From Hypanus sabinus (taxonomy: Eukaryota): a DNA stretch of 64,000 bases. Shown here piece after piece: positions 1 to 12,457 of this stretch (positions are counted from its first letter, which is position 1; every line of letters begins with the position of its first letter). A program made the position numbers and the translations under genes. The DNA lies in the NCBI RefSeq assembly GCF_030144855.1, contig NC_082718.1, forward strand, positions 6,448,001-6,512,000, written 5' to 3'. Below the pieces are notes generated by a model. That model was not told the DNA's origin. It ran no database searches and saw only the letters and a program-made list of their open reading frames with translations.

Positions 1-468
1 GATTCCATCGATTGAGAGGAACTACAACTGCCCTCATAAACTTATCTGCACTCTACTTTCGCTCTATAATGACAGCCAAGTTGTAATTATAAATAATGAG
101 TCTAATCGGTGCAGATCTGTGTCAAGCATGGCTGCGACATTGTCTTAGCAATCTTCTCATTCCTCATTGCAATGCTTCACCTTGCCTCCAACAAGCTCCC
201 CAATGGAATGAGACTAATCAGTATGATACATGCAAATCTATCCAACTACATCGTCTCCACTCAAAAATAAAGGTCACTCAACAAGCTGCAATGCCCAACT
301 GCTGCTCATGTGCACGTTTGTCATCTGAGTTCCACCAAGCTGTTAAGCTGTTCTGTCATTCAGTGATCAGCCTGTTCATCATACAGTGAACTCACTGGAT
401 TAACTTTTTCAATAAAGCAGTTATGGAACATCATGCAAATAAAATACCAAAATCAAAATATTTCCTAC

Positions 469-559
469 CTCCAAAGTTTGCATCAAAATTCCTGTTCGGA
501 TCAACTCCAAAGCAATGTGTTCCAGGACTCTTCGACATGGTCTTCCGCCACATCCGATT
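469..559 (-). CDS. Carboxypeptidase A-type gene (M14A), coding exon 8 (91 nt): [30 protein letters not shown]; gene continues beyond the left window edge
   Basis: Acceptor aatcccag| and donor |gtagga. Contains the WRK (Arg127, bovine CPA numbering) and DPNRN (Asn144/Arg145) substrate-binding motifs. Length and phase match vertebrate CPA genes. Confidence 0.95.
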
Positions 560-799
560 CTGGGATTGCAAAATGTTGGGATTAGCTCACTCAGAATTTA
601 ACACTAAATATCACAGGTTAAGGTACAGAACATTCCATCAGTAAAATTATTGGTCTACCATCTAAAAGTCAACTATCTGATTAAATGTCAATGTAGTATT
701 TAACAACTAGCTTGCTGATACAGGTAAGGTAAATTTTGTTTTTTTTTGGAGGTGGTGTGGCTGCAGGAGGCTACAAGCAAAGATCAGGGTTAAAACATG

Positions 800-1324
800 C
801 AAATTTCTACAGATGTACTGTGGAGAGCATTCTAACTGGCTGAATCACCATCTGGTATGGAGGGGAAGGGGCTACTCGGCAGGATCGAAGTAAGCTGCAG
901 AGACTTGTAAACTTAGTCAACTCCATCATGGGCACTGGCCTCTGTAGTATCCAGGACATCCTCAAGGAGAGATGCCTCAAAGAGGCGGCATCCATCATTA
1001 AGGATCCCCGTCACCCAGAGCGTGCCTTGTTCTCATTGTTACCGTCAGGAAGGAGGTACAGAAGCCTGAAGGCACACACTCAATGATTCAGGAACAGCTT
1101 CTTCCCTTCTGCCATCCGATTCGTAAATGGACATTGAACTCATGAACACTACATTGTTACTTTTTAAAACTTATATTTTTGCATTGCTTACTTAATTTAA
1201 CTATTTAATATATGCTCTTACTGTAATTCATGTTTTTCCTATTATGATGTATTGCAATGTAATGCTGCTGCAGACAATAAATTCCATGACATATGCCGGT
1301 GATATTAAACCTGATTCTGATTCT
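800..1324 (+). mobile_element. Rex1/Babar-type LINE 3' fragment
   Basis: Decayed FYRCTVESILTG.IT.WYG...HPERALFSLLPSGRRYRSL C-terminal coding sequence, followed by a 3'UTR ending aaacctgattctgattct. Confidence 0.8.
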
Positions 1325-1394
1325 AAAACTGAATTCAAATTCGGTCAAATTCTGTTAAGACATAAAGAGTAAATATTAGGGATATTAGGTATGT

Positions 1395-1850
1395 CAATAT
1401 GGGTGCAATTCCATAGCTCTCTACAGATGGCAACACAGTGAAGAGGTGAAGAGGTCATTTGGTATGTTTGCCTTCATAGGCCAAGGCATTGAGTATGAAA
1501 ATCAGGATGTCATATTGTAGCATGGGTTAGAGCACACATAAAGAGTATTGTGTACTGTTTACTGATTGCCACGCAACACTAGATCTGGAAGGCACAGGTT
1601 TAAGGTGAGAGCAAATCTGAATTTTCCACACAGAGGGTGGTGGTTATATGGAATGAGCTACCAAGGAGGTGGTGAAGGCAGATACAATTATGGTGTTTAA
1701 GAGGCATTTGGACAGATACTTGGATAGGAAGAGCATAAAGGCACATGTCTCTAGTGTGGGTAAATGGGGTTAGTACAGGCTTCAAAGTCAGTATGGAAGA
1801 GGTTGGCCAAAGGGATCCATTTTGTGCTGCACAGTTCTATGATTCAATGA
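1395..1850 (+). mobile_element. Decayed CR1-type LINE 3' fragment
   Basis: Similar to the 3' ends of the CR1 copies at 29480-30480 and 35575-36835 (ttccacacagagggtggtg...tggaatgagct). Confidence 0.7.
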
Positions 1851-1881
1851 AACAGTACTGTCTCAAACTTTGTCTATGTAC

Positions 1882-1992
1882 CTTAGTTTGGCTATAAACG
1901 TAGCCATCAGGGTTTGCCATGATCACCATGAAGATATCCATTTTATTCAGCAGTGATGTAAAGGAGGGGTTGTTGCCATAGTCGGTGGTAAT
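1882..1992 (-). CDS. CPA-type gene exon 7 (111 nt): ITTDYGNNPSFTSLLNKMDIFMVIMANPDGYVYSQTK
   Basis: Acceptor ccgccag| and donor |gtacat. NPDGY motif of M14A peptidases. Lies within ORF 1837..2043(-). Confidence 0.95.
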
Positions 1993-2406
1993 CTGGCGGC
2001 ATAAAAGCAGCAAGTACACATTCAGATACCTGATGGTTCTCACACATTGTCTGAGTTTTGCTGAGTCTACTGCTTTCTGTAGGTCAGATTCCTTTCTGGG
2101 TTACAGGAGAATTGTATTCTAACCAGGAACTGATTTATGGACAGAAACATGAATGTGGGACCAAAATGGACAACTGCCAAAAGAGCAAACGTAATCAGAA
2201 TTAAAATAATGAAACACAAACAAAATGCTGGAGGAATTCAGCAGGTCAGGTAGCATTAATGGAAATGAACAAACAGCTGACATTTCAGGTATCAAGAATG
2301 GCCTTCTTCTTTGCTTTAAGCTGTAGGGTTTTACTCACGCTTACCAGTGGGAAAGGGGGTAAGTTAAACCTCAAGGCATAATGACAAAACGATGAAACGT
2401 ACTTAC

Positions 2407-2505
2407 CCTCTTTGCCATCCATATTGCAACAGCAGGTGCTATCCACTCACGCCCATGAATACCGCCATCGATCCACACGGCAGGACGCCCGTGCCCGGTG
2501 CTAAA
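2407..2505 (-). CDS. CPA-type gene exon 6 (99 nt): FSTGHGRPAVWIDGGIHGREWIAPAVAIWMAKR, carrying Zn ligands His69/Glu72
   Basis: Acceptor ggacag| and donor |gtaagt. HxxE zinc-binding motif (GIHGREW). Lies within ORF 2371..2640(-). Confidence 0.96.
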
Positions 2506-2663
2506 CTGTCCCAATGAGAGAAACAGAACAAGACTGAATGTATATTTAATAATGTGCAAGTGCAAGTGGAGAAAGGGACAATGGTTAAGTACAAGGAAAT
2601 CACTGAAAAAAGCAAGTAAAAACAATTCCAGTTGTAACATCAGAACAGCCTTTACTCTTTGGT

Positions 2664-2869
2664 NNNNNNNNNNNNNNNNNNNNNNNNNNNNNNNNNNNNN
2701 NNNNNNNNNNNNNNNNNNNNNNNNNNNNNNNNNNNNNNNNNNNNNNNNNNNNNNNNNNNNNNNNNNNNNNNNNNNNNNNNNNNNNNNNNNNNNNNNNNNN
2801 NNNNNNNNNNNNNNNNNNNNNNNNNNNNNNNNNNNNNNNNNNNNNNNNNNNNNNNNNNNNNNNNNNNNN
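2664..2869. other. Assembly gap (206 N)
   Basis: Run of N characters. Confidence 1.
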
Positions 2870-3059
2870 CTGTAGTGTTTGATGGGCTCTGGATGAGGCT
2901 CTCTGGGAGGGAGGCTTTTGATATTGTTTACTTGGTGGGGGGTCGGTGCAAGTGGGAGGGGGGATGTGGAGGGTCGATGCTTCTGTTGCTGGTTGTGTGG
3001 ACGGAGGGGAGGACAGGCTTCAGAGTTTTGATGTTTCTATCATTCGTTCTATGGGTTTT

Positions 3060-3691
3060 TGATGCACCATCAATAACTCACTCTGAGATGTAAAGGCGAG
3101 ATATCGGCTTTTATTGACTAGCAGAAGGAACAAGCAGTGAGTGACCACCATACCACTTCCTGGAGACTGAGAGGCCGGGCTCAGAGCTCAATCGCCTTTA
3201 TACCGGGGTCTGTGGGAGGAGCCACAGGAGCAGTCAGCAAGGGGCGTGTCCAGACAGGTATATGTAGTTCACCACACGGGGTCTGTGGGAGGAGCCACAG
3301 GAGCAGTCAGCGGGGGGCGTGTCCACAGGGGTCTGTGGGAGGAGCCACAGGAGCAGTCAGCAGGGGGCGTGTCCTGACAGGTATATGTAGTTCACCACAC
3401 GGGGTCTGTGGGAGGAGCCACAGGAGCAGTCAGCAGGGGGCGTGTCCAGACAGGTATATGTAGTTCACCACACGGGGTCTGTGGGAGGAGCCACAGGAGC
3501 GGTCAGCAGGGGGCGTGTCCTGACAGGTATATGTAGTTCACCACACGGGGTCTGTGGGAGGAGCCACAGGAGCAGTCAGCAGGGGGCGTGTCCTGACAGG
3601 TATATGTAGTTCACCACACGGGGTCTGTGGGAGGAGCCACAGGAGCAGTCAGCAGGGGGCGTGTCCAGACAGGTATATGTAGTTCACCACA
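3060..3691 (-). mobile_element. Ty3/Gypsy solo LTR with a tandemly amplified U3 end
   Basis: TG...CA termini. Near-identical to the LTR at 52943-53154, which abuts a PPT and integrase tail. TATA and AATAAA lie on the minus strand. Confidence 0.88.
3205..3691. repeat. 73-bp tandem repeat, 7 copies (second copy truncated to 50 bp)
   Basis: Unit ggggtctgtgggaggagccacaggagcagtcagcagggggcgtgtccagacaggtatatgtagttcaccacac starts at 3205, 3278, 3328, 3401, 3474, 3547 and 3620. Confidence 0.97.
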
Positions 3692-4542
3692 GGTTTCTTG
3701 TCTTATGGATGTCTGAGAGGAGTAAGAATTTCAGGTTGTATACTGTATGCATTCTCTGATATTCAACTGAACCATTTGAACAAGACATTAGTTTTCACTC
3801 TGCAATTGTTCCATCAGCCTTTGGGGACTCAGAAGTACTTACAGTAAATGTATGAAATATGTCAAGCAGAAGCTGCCAAAGTCATGCACAATAAATGATT
3901 GCAACTAAATTATCCTCATTTGTCTGAGATGAACAGTTTATGAAAACTGCAGCAAACTGAAAGTACCAGAAACGTCCAACCTAGCCTTCCAGAGGCTTAT
4001 GTAAGTAGCCTAGGTGAATATTGTAGCCTCCTAAACAAGCTCTTAATTTCTTTGGTATTTTTGATGCCTATATCATATATATATTTATAGGATCTATATA
4101 TCTATCTATATATAGATATATAGATGAACCTTTTCTGCTTTACTAGCATATTGACTTAAATTCATTGATACTATTATATAGATTTTCAATCATGTATTAG
4201 ATGATGAATAATGACGCTGTATGAGTTATAAAACAAAGTGCCACGTGTATCAATTCGGGTTGACCTCAGATGTAGAGTTGTGATTATCAACCTGTCTCCA
4301 AGTCCAAGGTAGCACTTTCAGTAATAGACTATGACAACTGCGCTGTTCCAAAGAGCGCTATATGAGGTCATAAGACTCTATAATGAATAATATAATAATG
4401 ACTCTATAATAAATATAGTTTGGGAAGGGATGACCCCCTCCTGTTCGATTGTTAGATTTATTTTTTATTCTTTCTTACTTTTCTTCTAAGGTTTGCATAT
4501 TATGTGCACTTGTAATGCTATTGTTCCTTTGGGATCAATAAG

Positions 4543-4543
<1 letters not shown>

Positions 4544-4577
<34 letters not shown>
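4544..4577. repeat. (TATC)n microsatellite, probably a retroposon 3' tail
   Basis: About 8 perfect TATC units preceded by gggatcaataaag. Confidence 0.9.
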
Positions 4578-5221
4578 CACCAACAGAAGGAAGAAGACAA
4601 ATCAAAAAATGATGTTACCAAAATGCAACAGTGTCTTAGATCCCAGGAGGAAAGGAAGGTTGAAGAAATTGAAAAGCTTCACTGACTTTGAGCTCTGGAA
4701 ATGCATGAGGGACAGAAGGAAATGGTTGAATAATAACTGCCATGCTCACACATTCTCAACAGTGGCAAATGCATCCAAGCTCACCCAGTGGCTGGATTCA
4801 GGGGCTCTCACCTAAAGATCGAATCGCAACAGCTGGGCATTATCATGGAGCACCAAAAACGAAGGGCAGGGGGTGGGGGCGCGATGGTGTAAACAAACGA
4901 GTTGTTCAAAAAACAAGCTAAAGATTTAAAGGTTCATGTTATTATCAAAGTACACATTTCTGAAATTTTTCTGCTCCAGATAGCCACAAATCCAAGAAAG
5001 AAACAAAAACAGAACGGCAGCACAATCATCAACCCCCCAAATCCCCCTCCCCTGCACACAGAAAAATGAGAAAGATTGGGGAAAAACACAGAATATAAAA
5101 AACTATAAGACTGAAAAGGTACTGGGTGTAACTGCATAAGCATTCCATTCCCTGAATTCTTTCCTTCACTCAAGTGGAGTGAGAGTGAGGGTCTCTGTTG
5201 CTCTGAGTTAACCATGGATAT

Positions 5222-5740
5222 TGTGTCCTATCTGTCTAGATATGCAAGCCTGGACAGTACGATATGGAGAGCAAGCTGTTGCCCATGTACCCCCTCTCCA
5301 CGCATCTGATGAACCCAGAGGAATGGCAGAGACCGACACAGTTTGGTACCAGCAGCGTCACTGGAGTTGCCAGTCAACATTGAACTCAATGTAGGACTGC
5401 CTTAGGGACCCTAGCTCCAAAGTTTCCCCTTGGGATTTACTCCTGAAGTCTTCCCTACGAGTGGGTATAGCCACAGGACAGTGGAGGTTTGAGATCAGAG
5501 TTTTCCTTCCAGATGAGCCGCCAGCCACGGCTAATGAGCCCCATCTGCCTGAACCAACAGGTTTTAAGGTGCCAGTAACCCACCTTTTCCCCTTTTGACA
5601 GTAGAAATGGTTCTGTGGGCTTAGTAGCTAAGTCACACGTGAAGGCCAGGGGCTGGACGTGGTTGTCAGAGGCAACTTGAGACGCACGCCATTGGGAGCA
5701 TTTAATAGGTAGTGGGAGCTTATCCCCATTACCACCCTCG
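5222..5740 (-). mobile_element. Probable RTE-clade LINE 5' fragment
   Basis: Minus strand reads gggtggtaatggggataagctcccactacc...tacatgggcaacagcttgctctccatatcgtactg. Family assignment is from recall, not a search. Confidence 0.45.
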
Positions 5741-5959
5741 ACATTAACAACCTTACAGTGGGAAGTGCATTGAAGAGCTTGATAGGTACGGTTAGATCCA
5801 AATTTTTCTCAGCGGGCAACAATCAGCACGCGAGGTTGTTTGCTGGTGATGCAGTGTGAGGTTTAAAAGGAACTTGGGTGCTTTTCGGCTTTTTTCTCAG
5901 CAAGCCCCAATCAGCAGGGGGGGCCAATAAAAAAAAAGGTGTAAGTGCTGCTGCCATTG

Positions 5960-8900
5960 TTGGAGTGGGGCATTGTTAGATTGCTCAGGCTTAGGTGAGA
6001 ACAGGCTTGTGTAAGCAGTAAGTAAATAAATAAGAAAGTTCTTAGTAAGTTTTTTTTTCTGTGAGTACACAGTGTATGTAGGCCTCTGTTAGTCTTGATA
6101 GACCACGGATTTGCGCCTTGGAAAGTTTCCAGGGCGAAGACTGGGCAAGGTTTTTTTTATATACATAGTGCACTGAGAATGGACCTGGAGGCAGTGGTAT
6201 GTTCCTTATGTGAGATGCGGGAAATTGTAAGACCTCCAGTCTCCCTGATAACCAGACCTGCACAAAGAGTATCCAGCTGCAGCTCCTTGGAGATCATGTT
6301 AAGGAAATAGAAACGCAGCTCAATGACTTTTGGCTCATACAGGAGAATGGGGAGCTGATAGATAGGAGCTACAGGGAGGTAGCTGCAGAGGCAGGTTCCT
6401 GGGTAACTGTCAGAACAGGGAAAGGGAATTGGCAGCCAGTGCAGAGAACCCCTGTGCCCATTCCCCTCTGCATACCACTTTGGATACTGTGGGGGGGGGG
6501 GGGAATAACCTAGCAGGTGGAAGCCACACTGGCTCTGTGGCTCAGAAGGGAAGGAGGGAGAAGAGGAGTGCAGTGGTGATAGAAGATTCCATAACTGGTG
6601 GAGCAGACAGCAGGTTTTGTGGACGTCAAAGAGACACCTGGATGGTATATTGCCGTCCAGGTACCAGGCTAGGGATGGCTCAGATCGGGTCCACAGCATT
6701 CTAATGGGGGAGGGCGAACAGCCTGAAAGTACCAATGACATAGTGGGAAAAGGGAGGAGCTCCTGAAGAGAGAATACAGAGAGTTAGGCAGAAGGCTTAA
6801 AAGTGGAACTGTCTGTGCCACTTGCCAGTGACAGCAAGAACAGGATAATTCAGCAGAGGAATACATGGCTGAAGAACTGGCGCAGTCAGCATGGTTTCAG
6901 ATCTCTGGATCATTGGATCTCTTCTGGGGAAGGTATGGCCTGTACAAAAAGGATGGGTTACACCTGAACCCGAAGGGGACCAATATTTTTGCTAGCAGGT
7001 TTGCTGGAGCTGTTATGGATGAGGGTTTAAAGTAATTTGGCAAGGGGATGAGAGCTGGAAATATAGGTCTGAGGTTGGGGGAGTAGGTGTACAACTGGGT
7101 GCAGTGTGTGGTGAGAATGTGATGATAGGTCAAAATTGCAGTCGCTGGGATGAGGAAGTGTAACATGGGGTCAAAAGAGGCAATGAATACAGACTGAAAG
7201 TGTTGTATTTGAATGCACACAGTGTATGAAAAAAGATAAATGATCTTGTAGCACAGTTAGAGATCGGCAGGTACGATATGGCCATCTCTAAGTCATGGCT
7301 GAAAGAAGATGATGGGAACTCAACATTCAAGGATACACCTTGTATCAAAAGGACAGGCAGGTAGGCAGATGGGATGGGGTGGCTCTACTGGTCAAAAAAT
7401 GAAGTCAAATCCTTAGAAAGAGGTGACATAGCATCAGAAGACGTAGAATCCTTGCGGGTAGAGTTAAAATGTTGAAAGGGTAAAAATAGCCTGACCGGAG
7501 TTATATATGGGCCTCCGAACAGTAGCCAGGATGTGGGATACAAATTACAACAGGAAATAGAAAAGACATGTAAAAAAAGGCGATGTCGTGTTAGTCACAG
7601 GGGATTTCAATATGCAGGTAGATTGGGAAGATCAGGTTGGTGCTGGTTCCCAAAAGAGGGAATTTGTAGAATGCCTAGGAGATGACTTCTTAGTGCAGCC
7701 TGTGGTTGAGCCCACTATGGGACTAGCAAATCTAGACTGAGTTTTATGCAATGACCAAGATTTGATTAGGAAGCTTAAGTTAAAGGAACCCTTCGGAGGC
7801 AGTGGTTATAATATAGAATTCACCCTGCAGTTTGACAAGGAGAAACTAAAATCAGATGTAACAGTATTACAGCAGAGTCAATAACATAAGAGAATACAAA
7901 AAGAATTCTTCAGATATATAAGGAGTAAAAGAGAGGGAAGAGTAGATATAAGACCACTGGAAAATGATGATGGAGAGAGCTGAAGTGAGTGTCATTGCTA
8001 TTTCGGAGGAGAAGTTGTAAAGTCTGAAGGTAGATAAGGTGGACCAGATGGACTAACCCCAGGGTTCCGAACTAAGTAGCTGAAGAGATTGTGGAGGCAT
8101 TAGAAATGATGTTTCAAGAATCGCTAGGTTCTGGAATTGTCCCGGAGGACTGGGAAATTGTAAATGTCATTGCACTCTTTAAGAAGGGAGGTTGGCACAA
8201 GAAAGAAAATTATAGGCCAGTTAGCCTGACTTCAGTGGTTGGAAAGATGTTGGAGTCTATTATTAACAATGAAGTTTTGGGGTACTTGGAGGCACATGAT
8301 AAAACAGGCCAAAATCAGTAATGGAAAATCAGTCAGGGAAAATCTTGCCTGACAAATCAAGAAATAACAGGCAGGATAGACAAAGGAGAGTCAGTGGATG
8401 TTGCTTATTTGGATTTTCAGAATGTCTTTGACAAGCTGCCGTACATGAGGCTGCTTAACAAAATAAGTCCATGGTATTACAGGAAAGGTACTAGCACGGA
8501 TAGAAGATTGGCTGATTGGCAGGAAGCAAAAAGTGGGAATAAAAGGGGCCGTTTCTGATTGGCTCCCGGTGACTAGAGGTGTGCCACAGGAGTCGGTGCT
8601 GGGAATGCTTATTTTCATGTTGTATGTTAGTGATTTGGATGATGGAATTGATAGCTTTGTGGCCAAGTTTGTGGACAATATGAAGATAGGTGCAGTGGCA
8701 GGTAGTGTTGAGGAAGAAGTCTATCTGCAGAAGGAATTAGACAGATTGGGAGAATGGGGAAAGAGGTGGCAGATGGAATATAATGTAGGGAAGTGCATGG
8801 TCATGTACTTCAGCAGAAGGAATAAAGGTATGGACTATATTGTAGATGGAGAGAAAATTCAAAATGTCAGAGGTACAGAGGGACTTGGGAAGCTGTAATG

Positions 8901-10257
8901 GTTAATTTGCAGGCTGTGTTGATGGTAAGGAAGGCAAATGTAATGTTAGCAATCATTTCAAGATGACTAGTGTGTTGCCCTTAAGGCATTCATTTAGTTT
9001 ATTATATTTTCGCTTTAGTAATTCATTTGTAATCGTTTTCTAGTTAAAGTTAAGGTTGTTGAAAGTAAATTTGTTGCCTGTGATATATCGCGGCATGTGA
9101 TGACGTCACACCCAGTTTCGCTGCGTCCTGTGGGAAAATACCAGTTTGGAGAAACGGGAAGGAGTGGGCTTGTGTGTGCAGGATCAGTGCGAGAAAAGTT
9201 TTCTTTCTATGCACTAGAAACATCATAGAAGCAACGCCGTAAGTTCATAAGATAATCGATATGTTGAAGTAAAAATGTTAACGCTGTTTCTGTTAAAAGT
9301 GATGATGATTGATAAAGTTTATATTCTTTGTTATTTAAAGAGTTGCAGATAGTTTGTGTTGAAGTGTATTTAAAGCAGTTGGTGTAGGTAGATTCTGACT
9401 TATGTTGTACTTTAATATAATATAGTTCGCTGTAGTTTTATTTTTGCAAGTATTTATGATGTAAATGTGATGCCAAGAAGGAAACAAATATTGTATATAT
9501 TTTGTATTGTTTTATCAACAGTTTTCACCATACGTTAATGTGGAAGAGTGAACAGTAAACTGTTAATCTCATTGGGTTTGTGCCTCATTGACCGGTTTAT
9601 ACCTGGTGTTTAGTTCAGAGTTTTTACACCTGTGCAAGAACACTACAACTAGAATATAAAAGCAAAAATATAATGATGAAGCTTTGTAAAGCATTGGACA
9701 AACTGCACTTGGAGTATTATGAGCAGTTTTGGGCCTCTTGTCTAATAGATGTTCTGGCATTGAAGAGAGTTCAAAAGAGGTTTGCAAGAATGATCCCAGG
9801 AATGAAGGGGTTAGCATATGAAGAGAGTTGGACAGCTCGGAGCTTGTACTCACTGGAGTTTAGAAGAATGAGGAGGGATCTCACAGAAACTTACCAAATA
9901 TTGAAAGGTCTGGATAAAGTGGATTTGAAGGGAATGTTTCTATAGTGAGGGAGTCTAGAACCTGAGGGGACAGCCTCAAAATAGAGGGACATCCGTTTAG
10001 AACAACGATGAGAGGAATTTCTTTAGCCAGAGGGTAGTGAATCTGTGAAATTCATTGTCAAAGGCAACTGTGGAGGTTAAGTAGTTAGGTATATTTAAAG
10101 TAAACATTGATAGGTTCTTGATTAGTAAGAGTGTCAAGGGTTACAGGGTGAAGCAAGAGAATGGAGTTGAGAGGCAAAATAAATCAGCTCTGATGCGATG
10201 ACGGAGCAGACTCAATGGGCCAATGGCCTAATTCTGTTCCTGTGTCTTTTGATCTAA
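5960..10257 (+). mobile_element. Near full-length decayed CR1 LINE (ORF1 SGNH-esterase-like, ORF2 endonuclease + RT), antisense in CPA intron 5
   Basis: ORF1 remnants (AVVIEDSI..ADSRFCG), endonuclease start (LKVLYLNA.S), RT motifs (ENYRPVSLTSVVGKMLE, GVPQESVLG, KFVDN.KIG) and a typical 3'UTR. Many stops and frameshifts. Left boundary approximate. Confidence 0.9.
8971..9647. mobile_element. Solo LTR (677 bp) inserted in CR1 ORF2
   Basis: TGTGTTG...CACTACA termini with a perfect 5-bp TSD ACTAG (8966-8970, 9648-9652). CR1 sequence resumes seamlessly. Contains TGACGTCA at 9101-9108. Confidence 0.88.
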
Positions 10258-10597
10258 AATGATGGGGTAGGGAAGAGAATGATAGAGGGAAGCAAGATGT
10301 TGACCAATAGGAACGAAGGAGACGGAATAGGGAAAACAAGAGCAAGGACAACTTCCTCTGTATTACCAGTGTTCTTCCAACCACACCCCAAACTCAGGAG
10401 GTAAACTTATCAAGATGAGATTTTCCATTTCTCACCTGAGGCACAACTGATTGATCACTGTTGAGATGTGACTGACAACGGATGGATTAGATATTCTGAG
10501 TCCAACTGACCATTTCAACTGATTGGACATTCTTTAGTTTACCACTGGGAAATTGTTCCCAGCAGGGTACATTAAATGTTTCTATTTCTTGACTAAC

Positions 10598-10699
10598 CTT
10601 CAGGACATGAATTGCCCGACCTTGGGAACTTCTACCAATTCTCATTCTTCTGACCAGTTGTGGGCTTTCAGCAGCAAGATTCTTTACCCACCTGTAAAT
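10598..10699 (-). CDS. CPA-type gene exon 5 (102 nt): IYRWVKNLAAESPQLVRRMRIGRSSQGRAIHVLK
   Basis: Acceptor ttcacag| and donor |gttagt. Matches the IY..W...IG.S.EGR.I.VLK segment of CPA. Phase 0/0. Confidence 0.94.
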
Positions 10700-11172
10700 C
10701 TGTGAACGAAATGAGAGGGAATGTGTCAATCACACCCTTATGACACGGCAGTGCAGCACCCTGTACCAATAAAAGTTGGCACAGTGAGTTGTGATGAGGC
10801 AATTCCCAACACTTCCCAGAGTTCCATAATAAATGGAGACTTTGAACGGCAACTTCTTGCTTTCACTTCCATATGGCTTTAACAATTGATTTATTTTTAT
10901 TTTATTAATTTATTTAGAGACACAACATGTAACAGGCCCTTCTAGCACAACAAGCCATACTGCACAGCAACCCTTCTAGTTAACCTTAGCTTAATCACAG
11001 GGCAATTTATAATAACTAATTAACTTACCAACTGGTATGTCTTTGGACTGTGGGAGGAAACCTGAACACCCAGATGAAAACTCACGGGGAGATATTCACT
11101 CCTTTGACAATTCTCCAAGAGCAATCTTAGTATTCACTTTAATCCCAAGCAGAGCTTCTGACCCATATTTTT

Positions 11173-12060
11173 CATCAAATCAAATCAAGTTTAATTATTA
11201 TTGTAACTGTACATAGATACTGCTGAATGAGACAGTGTTATTCTGGGGTCAAGGTGCAACTCATTCAAAATAGCAGGCAAACTTCAAAATAACAAGTGAT
11301 GTAATTCAAAATAGCGATCAAAGAAGCATACTCACTCAAAATTTAAAAAAAACATAACTATAGTCTGAGACCCTGAGTGATAATTTCCTGCAGTCGATGC
11401 ATGGACTCCTGGCAGTGCACATACACACGCGATCCGGCCTGTCATTCCACTGCTTGACCGTGGGAGGGCAGCACTGACGGGAGAGGCCAGGCCCTAGCCG
11501 AGTGTGGACACCATGCTGTGATGCTTCCACGTCTCTCACCTGGTCTGCAACACCAGACAAACCCGAGACTTGAGGCCTAGACCTCTACAGCCGAGGCTAC
11601 ACAGATCCCATGTTGTCTGTCAAGGGTAGCAGACCTGCGGCAACTTACGTTATCACTGTCCAACAGAGCCTTATGTTCTCCCAATTACAAGCCAATTTCC
11701 CATGGTTATACTGCACCAACATCAACGCTTCCTGCAACTATGCAGTCAGCAGCCAAACTGGCACCTCCAACACCTTGGCGGGCTCCTCTGCTATCCTGAC
11801 CATCTCCTTTCCCGATATCCCAACTGGCTGATTCTCTGACATCACTGCCGATCCCTCCATCACGTCAGCCAGCTCCACTGCTGACAACAGTCCAGCTGCC
11901 GTACCAACGAGCAGCTCACTGATGCAGTAGCGCTGCAGTGCCCAAAGTTCTTTAAGTAGAATTGTTTTCGGATCATAAAAAACTAATCTTACAAAGAGAA
12001 AAACACCTTTGGTTGGCCCCTAAGAGGCCACTGGATTCACACGTGCCACCATCTTTCTGG
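11173..12060 (-). repeat. Interspersed retroposon-like repeat with a (GATTT)n tail; related copy at 33082-33500
   Basis: Both loci share aaatcaaatcaagtttaattat...gagacagt.tt..tctgggg.caaggtgca. Confidence 0.65.
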
Positions 12061-12328
12061 AAATTACTGGAATCTCACCAAGGTTACTATATCTCTTGCA
12101 GTCTTTGAGACATCCTCCATGCTGGCTGTCCCCATGTCAGCTCATCTGTCTCTGTTTCCTTCAGACACAATGATCCAATGTTTTCCTGAACAGACTACCA
12201 ACTACCATGCTGTGTAACTTATGCTGAACACATCCCAACACATACCAAGTCCCTTTCACCATCTCCCTGTATCTGATGATGTACATTTGTGTAGCCCTCT
12301 CAATGGGGCTCGTACACCAACTTGGCTT

Positions 12329-12457
12329 ACACGAGGAAATCTGCAGATGCTGGAAATTCAAGCAAGGACAAAGGGTCTTGGCCCAAAACGTCGACATTGC
12401 TTCTCCCTATAGATGCTGCCTGGCCTGCTGCGTTCCACCAGGATTTTGTGTGTGTTG
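12329..12457 (+). mobile_element. 129-bp miniature Penelope-like insertion with a 14-bp TSD
   Basis: TSD caccaacttggctt at 12315-12328 and 12458-12471. Consists only of an inverted terminal tail plus a direct terminus of the family seen at 42682-43514. Confidence 0.88.

Noticed and set aside
2498-3093. ORFs 2498..2875 and 2659..3093
   Set aside because: They are artefacts of translating through the N gap.
3205-3691. Regularly spaced repeats resembling a CRISPR array, and ORF 3137..3463
   Set aside because: The units are head-to-tail with no unique spacers, the context is eukaryotic, and the unit is the end of an LTR. The ORF is just the translated repeat.
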